DNA of 64,000 nucleotides from Pocillopora damicornis (taxonomy: Eukaryota). Made by a program: the position numbers and the translations under genes. The notes under the pieces are model-generated. The model was not told the origin of the DNA. It saw only the letters and a program-made list of their open reading frames with translations, and did not search any database. The stretch is from the NCBI RefSeq assembly GCF_003704095.1, contig NW_020844410.1, positions 1-64,000 on the forward strand, given 5' to 3'. Shown here piece after piece: positions 61,101-64,000 of the stretch (position 1 is the stretch's first letter; each line of letters opens with the position of its first letter).

Positions 61101-62520
61101 TTTCATGGCCAAAGTATTCTTTGATGGCGTCGTAAGGCTGGTATTTGAAAATTCTGCCAAATCTTGCCCAGTCTCTCTTCAATTGCTGGCGTTTGTTTTT
61201 TGGAGACTCGCCACTTTCTAATCGATGTGTTCCTTCATGCAAAGGATAACATGCCAGATATACACCATCATAAAGAAGCTTCGAGAGACCCACGTCATCC
61301 GGTTGATCTGAGAATGGAGTGCTGTGAAGGATTTGCTGCAGAAGATGTTGGCGATCAGTGACTGGAAAAAGCGAATTTTCACCGACATTCTGATCAAAGA
61401 CATACTTGGAAAGATGATCTCTTTTGAATTGGCCCATGAAGTAATCCGTATTTTTCTCAATAGATGCATCACGAATCTTAAAAGGGTTTCTCCTGTTAAT
61501 GGCCGTAACTACAGTTGATCCCAGCAAGTACTCCATCCAAGAAGTAAAAGTGGTGTCGTTAACCAGAAAGGGAACCTTCAGTTTTGCAGACTCGGCTCTT
61601 TCAGCGAGAACTTCCAAGGGAACGTGAACCAAGACAAAATGCCTCAAAACCTCAGTATCCTTTTAGAAGAGAAAAAAAAGATAAGATTAAATATGTAACG
61701 GAAACTTTTTTTTTATTGAAATGTGACGGAAAGTTCATAATAAATGCAATTTCCCTTTCCAAAACTTTTTGCACGAAAATAACTTTGAAACAAAAGTTAA
61801 GCCGAGGAAAGTGGACTCTGACCTTCTTAATCAAGATTTGCGCAAACAACCAAATGTTGCGAAACGCTTCTCTCCTTTAAAACCAAATTATTTCCTAGAT
61901 GCGTACTTACTAGGCCATGAAATTTGCTCATATTTGCATAGTAATCGATGTGACATCTCTTATCGTCCAAGTCACTTTCATATCCATAAAAAATTTTAAT
62001 AAAACACGAGCAAAATTTAATTGAGAATTAACATCAAACCTCACAAAAATAGAAAACAATTCTTCTTACTGTTAATTGTTACCACTGTTTGAATTAATAA
62101 TGAGGCTCTGATTGAAAGTCAGAAATGCACTAGCTAGTCGGCTTTTGGTTTACTTTTTATAAGTGGCAAAGTGTGCAGCGTTAACGGTAACGCTTGGCTA
62201 GTTTTCTATTTACTAAACAGATCAAAAAACGGTCTTACCTGTTGAATCGCGCGTGTCTGTCGCTGAAGGATTAATCCTCGTCTTTCGAGCTGGTTTTCGA
62301 AATATGTTCTTTGAGTCGTCAGTTTAAGAGCGGCAGCCGCAGATTGTTCACTTGCTTCTTCATCTTCTTCACAAGTTTCAAACACCAACACGTAATCAAT
62401 TCTTCGCCTCGGCTCACTACTGCTCAAATAAACTCCTTCGTTATCATCCGTGATAAAATTTTCTGAAACAGTTTCATACTCTTCTTCGTCCAAAAGTCTT
62501 GATAATTGTGTTTTACTCAT
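58152..62520 (-). CDS. Anoctamin/TMEM16 family protein 2 (~871 aa, 5 coding exons), tandem paralogue
   Basis: Exons 62520-62239, 61659-60107, 59561-59437, 59361-58938 and 58383-58152; same intron positions and phases, and same motifs, as the neighbouring gene. Confidence 0.95.
58648..58676. repeat. Poly(C) tract at the end of an intronic repeat element
   Basis: About 29 consecutive C after GGACCCCCCTA. Confidence 0.85.
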
Positions 62521-63314
62521 GTTCGGCTTGTTGAAAGCAAACTGAACTCAAGTAGCACTTCGTGACTCGAAAAGTGTTCAAAACCACTAAATCACTTCCC
62601 CTTGAGGCACTATACTATTCTTTGAAAACAATGCTACGTGCCTTACTCGGTATTTCTGGAGTTCACTCGAGGACAAAGTCTACTCAAATGAGCATAACAA
62701 TGCAACTGCAGGACTTACTTACGCATTTTGATAAGAAAACCTGAACTAAATTAAAAACATTGGTAAAATCTTCACAGGGGCTTCCGAATTTTCTAACGCT
62801 GTCAATTCAAGATCGAGAACGACGCTTTTTAACTAATATGTTTAATTGGAGGCGCTTCTCTTCGGCAACGGTATCTAATTTAAATTCACTGTACTTGCTA
62901 GTCATTAATTAGATTTTTTTCTCAAAAGAGTCAACCTCCATCATGAACGGAGTTGAACGAACCGGCTTCTTTTATTTCCCAGCACGTTATAAATAGCTGC
63001 TAACGAAAAGGAGCTTGTGTTTTGGGTTACGTCCCACAAGCGAGAGCCTTAGCCAGTGAATTAATACAAAATTAAAGTCCTAATATATTTGCCTTCCTAA
63101 ATTTCTTTATTTAAAACAATATAAATTCAGCTATAGAGCTAAGCACTAGCTGAAATGAAACTGTGAAAATGAAGCACAGACATATTTTAAGCTCCCTATC
63201 TTCCACTCGCCCAAGCAGAAATCTGGGTGATTAAGGCAATTCTAAAATTTGTGGTGATGTTTTATTCCGTCGAGCTTATCTTGGTCAGTAAATATCAAAT
63301 CAAAGCTCCTGCGT

Positions 63315-63446
63315 AAATACATCTTTTATTTGCCGGCTGGGAGGTCCGTATGGTGAAAAACTGCGACCAAGGTCTTGAAAATACTGCCTGAGGTCACAGT
63401 TTTTCACCATACAGACCGACCCTTAGCCGGTAAATAACATATTTAT
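63315..63446. mobile_element. Palindromic MITE
   Basis: TAAATA..TTATTTGCCGGCT...GTATGGTGAAAAACTG and CAGTTTTTCACCATAC...AGCCGGTAAATAA..TATTTA form inverted arms. Confidence 0.75.
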
Positions 63447-64000
63447 TTTTTTAAACTTGACGAAATTCTTTCCGAAAGAACTCGAATGATTTAGGGCTGT
63501 AAATACGGTAAGATCTTCCATAAACTGAACAATTTTTGAGCGAGTAAATGGTAGTTAAAATAGAGGTGATACAAATTAAATAGAGATGCCTCACCGAAAC
63601 ATTTTCATTTCCGTAACGATGAAGGTGATTTAAAAGGCTTCCAAACAAACTTTGAAACATCTTTTTTTACAAGTATCTGTCACAATCTGACACCTGTCAA
63701 TTAGGGAGCGCGTAAGAAAAAAAAAGCGCAAGAACCTTTGAAAAACAACGGAACTAGTTTGGCAAAGACTGTCACGACAATGTTTTCTTCAAAAACAGTC
63801 AATGATCTAACGGAAAGTATTATTCTCTCTCATCGACGATTCATTCATGTACGAAGATTTACCTCTGTTCATTTCAAGTAAACGGCGAGGAGAGTAATTG
63901 TGAGTAAATTCAAATTTTTTATTTTGAAGTTGTGAGAGTTTGTTTGTTTGTTTGCTGCAATGGCGTGTGTAAATCTGGTCTTTCCTCCACAAAAACTAAA

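Overview
AT-rich eukaryotic (animal) genomic DNA with spliceosomal introns and six assembly gaps. The gene content and repeat families suggest a cnidarian, probably a scleractinian coral (inference). In order: (1) 1-5.4 kb, two decayed Ty3/Gypsy LTR-retrotransposon copies, one interrupted by an RTE-type LINE 3' end and a (TAGG)n tract; (2) 5.4-9.8 kb, tRNA-like repeats, a 50-bp minisatellite and a LINE remnant; (3) three paralogous class A peptide-receptor-like GPCRs with single coding exons, plus a fourth at 45 kb; (4) a DEG/ENaC (ASIC-like) channel gene with 6 coding exons; (5) 28-37.5 kb, three tandem, highly diverged ORFs I cannot assign to any family, sharing two exactly spaced motif blocks and carrying PP1-docking-like, 14-3-3 and basophilic kinase motifs (the most novel-looking element); (6) a Crypton-like remnant; (7) a 2-exon endonuclease IV (APN1/nfo family) gene; (8) two tandem, intron-poor anoctamin/TMEM16 genes with scramblase-type pore residues. 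Many MITE-like repeats are interspersed. All exon boundaries were read manually from GT-AG sites and frame continuity.
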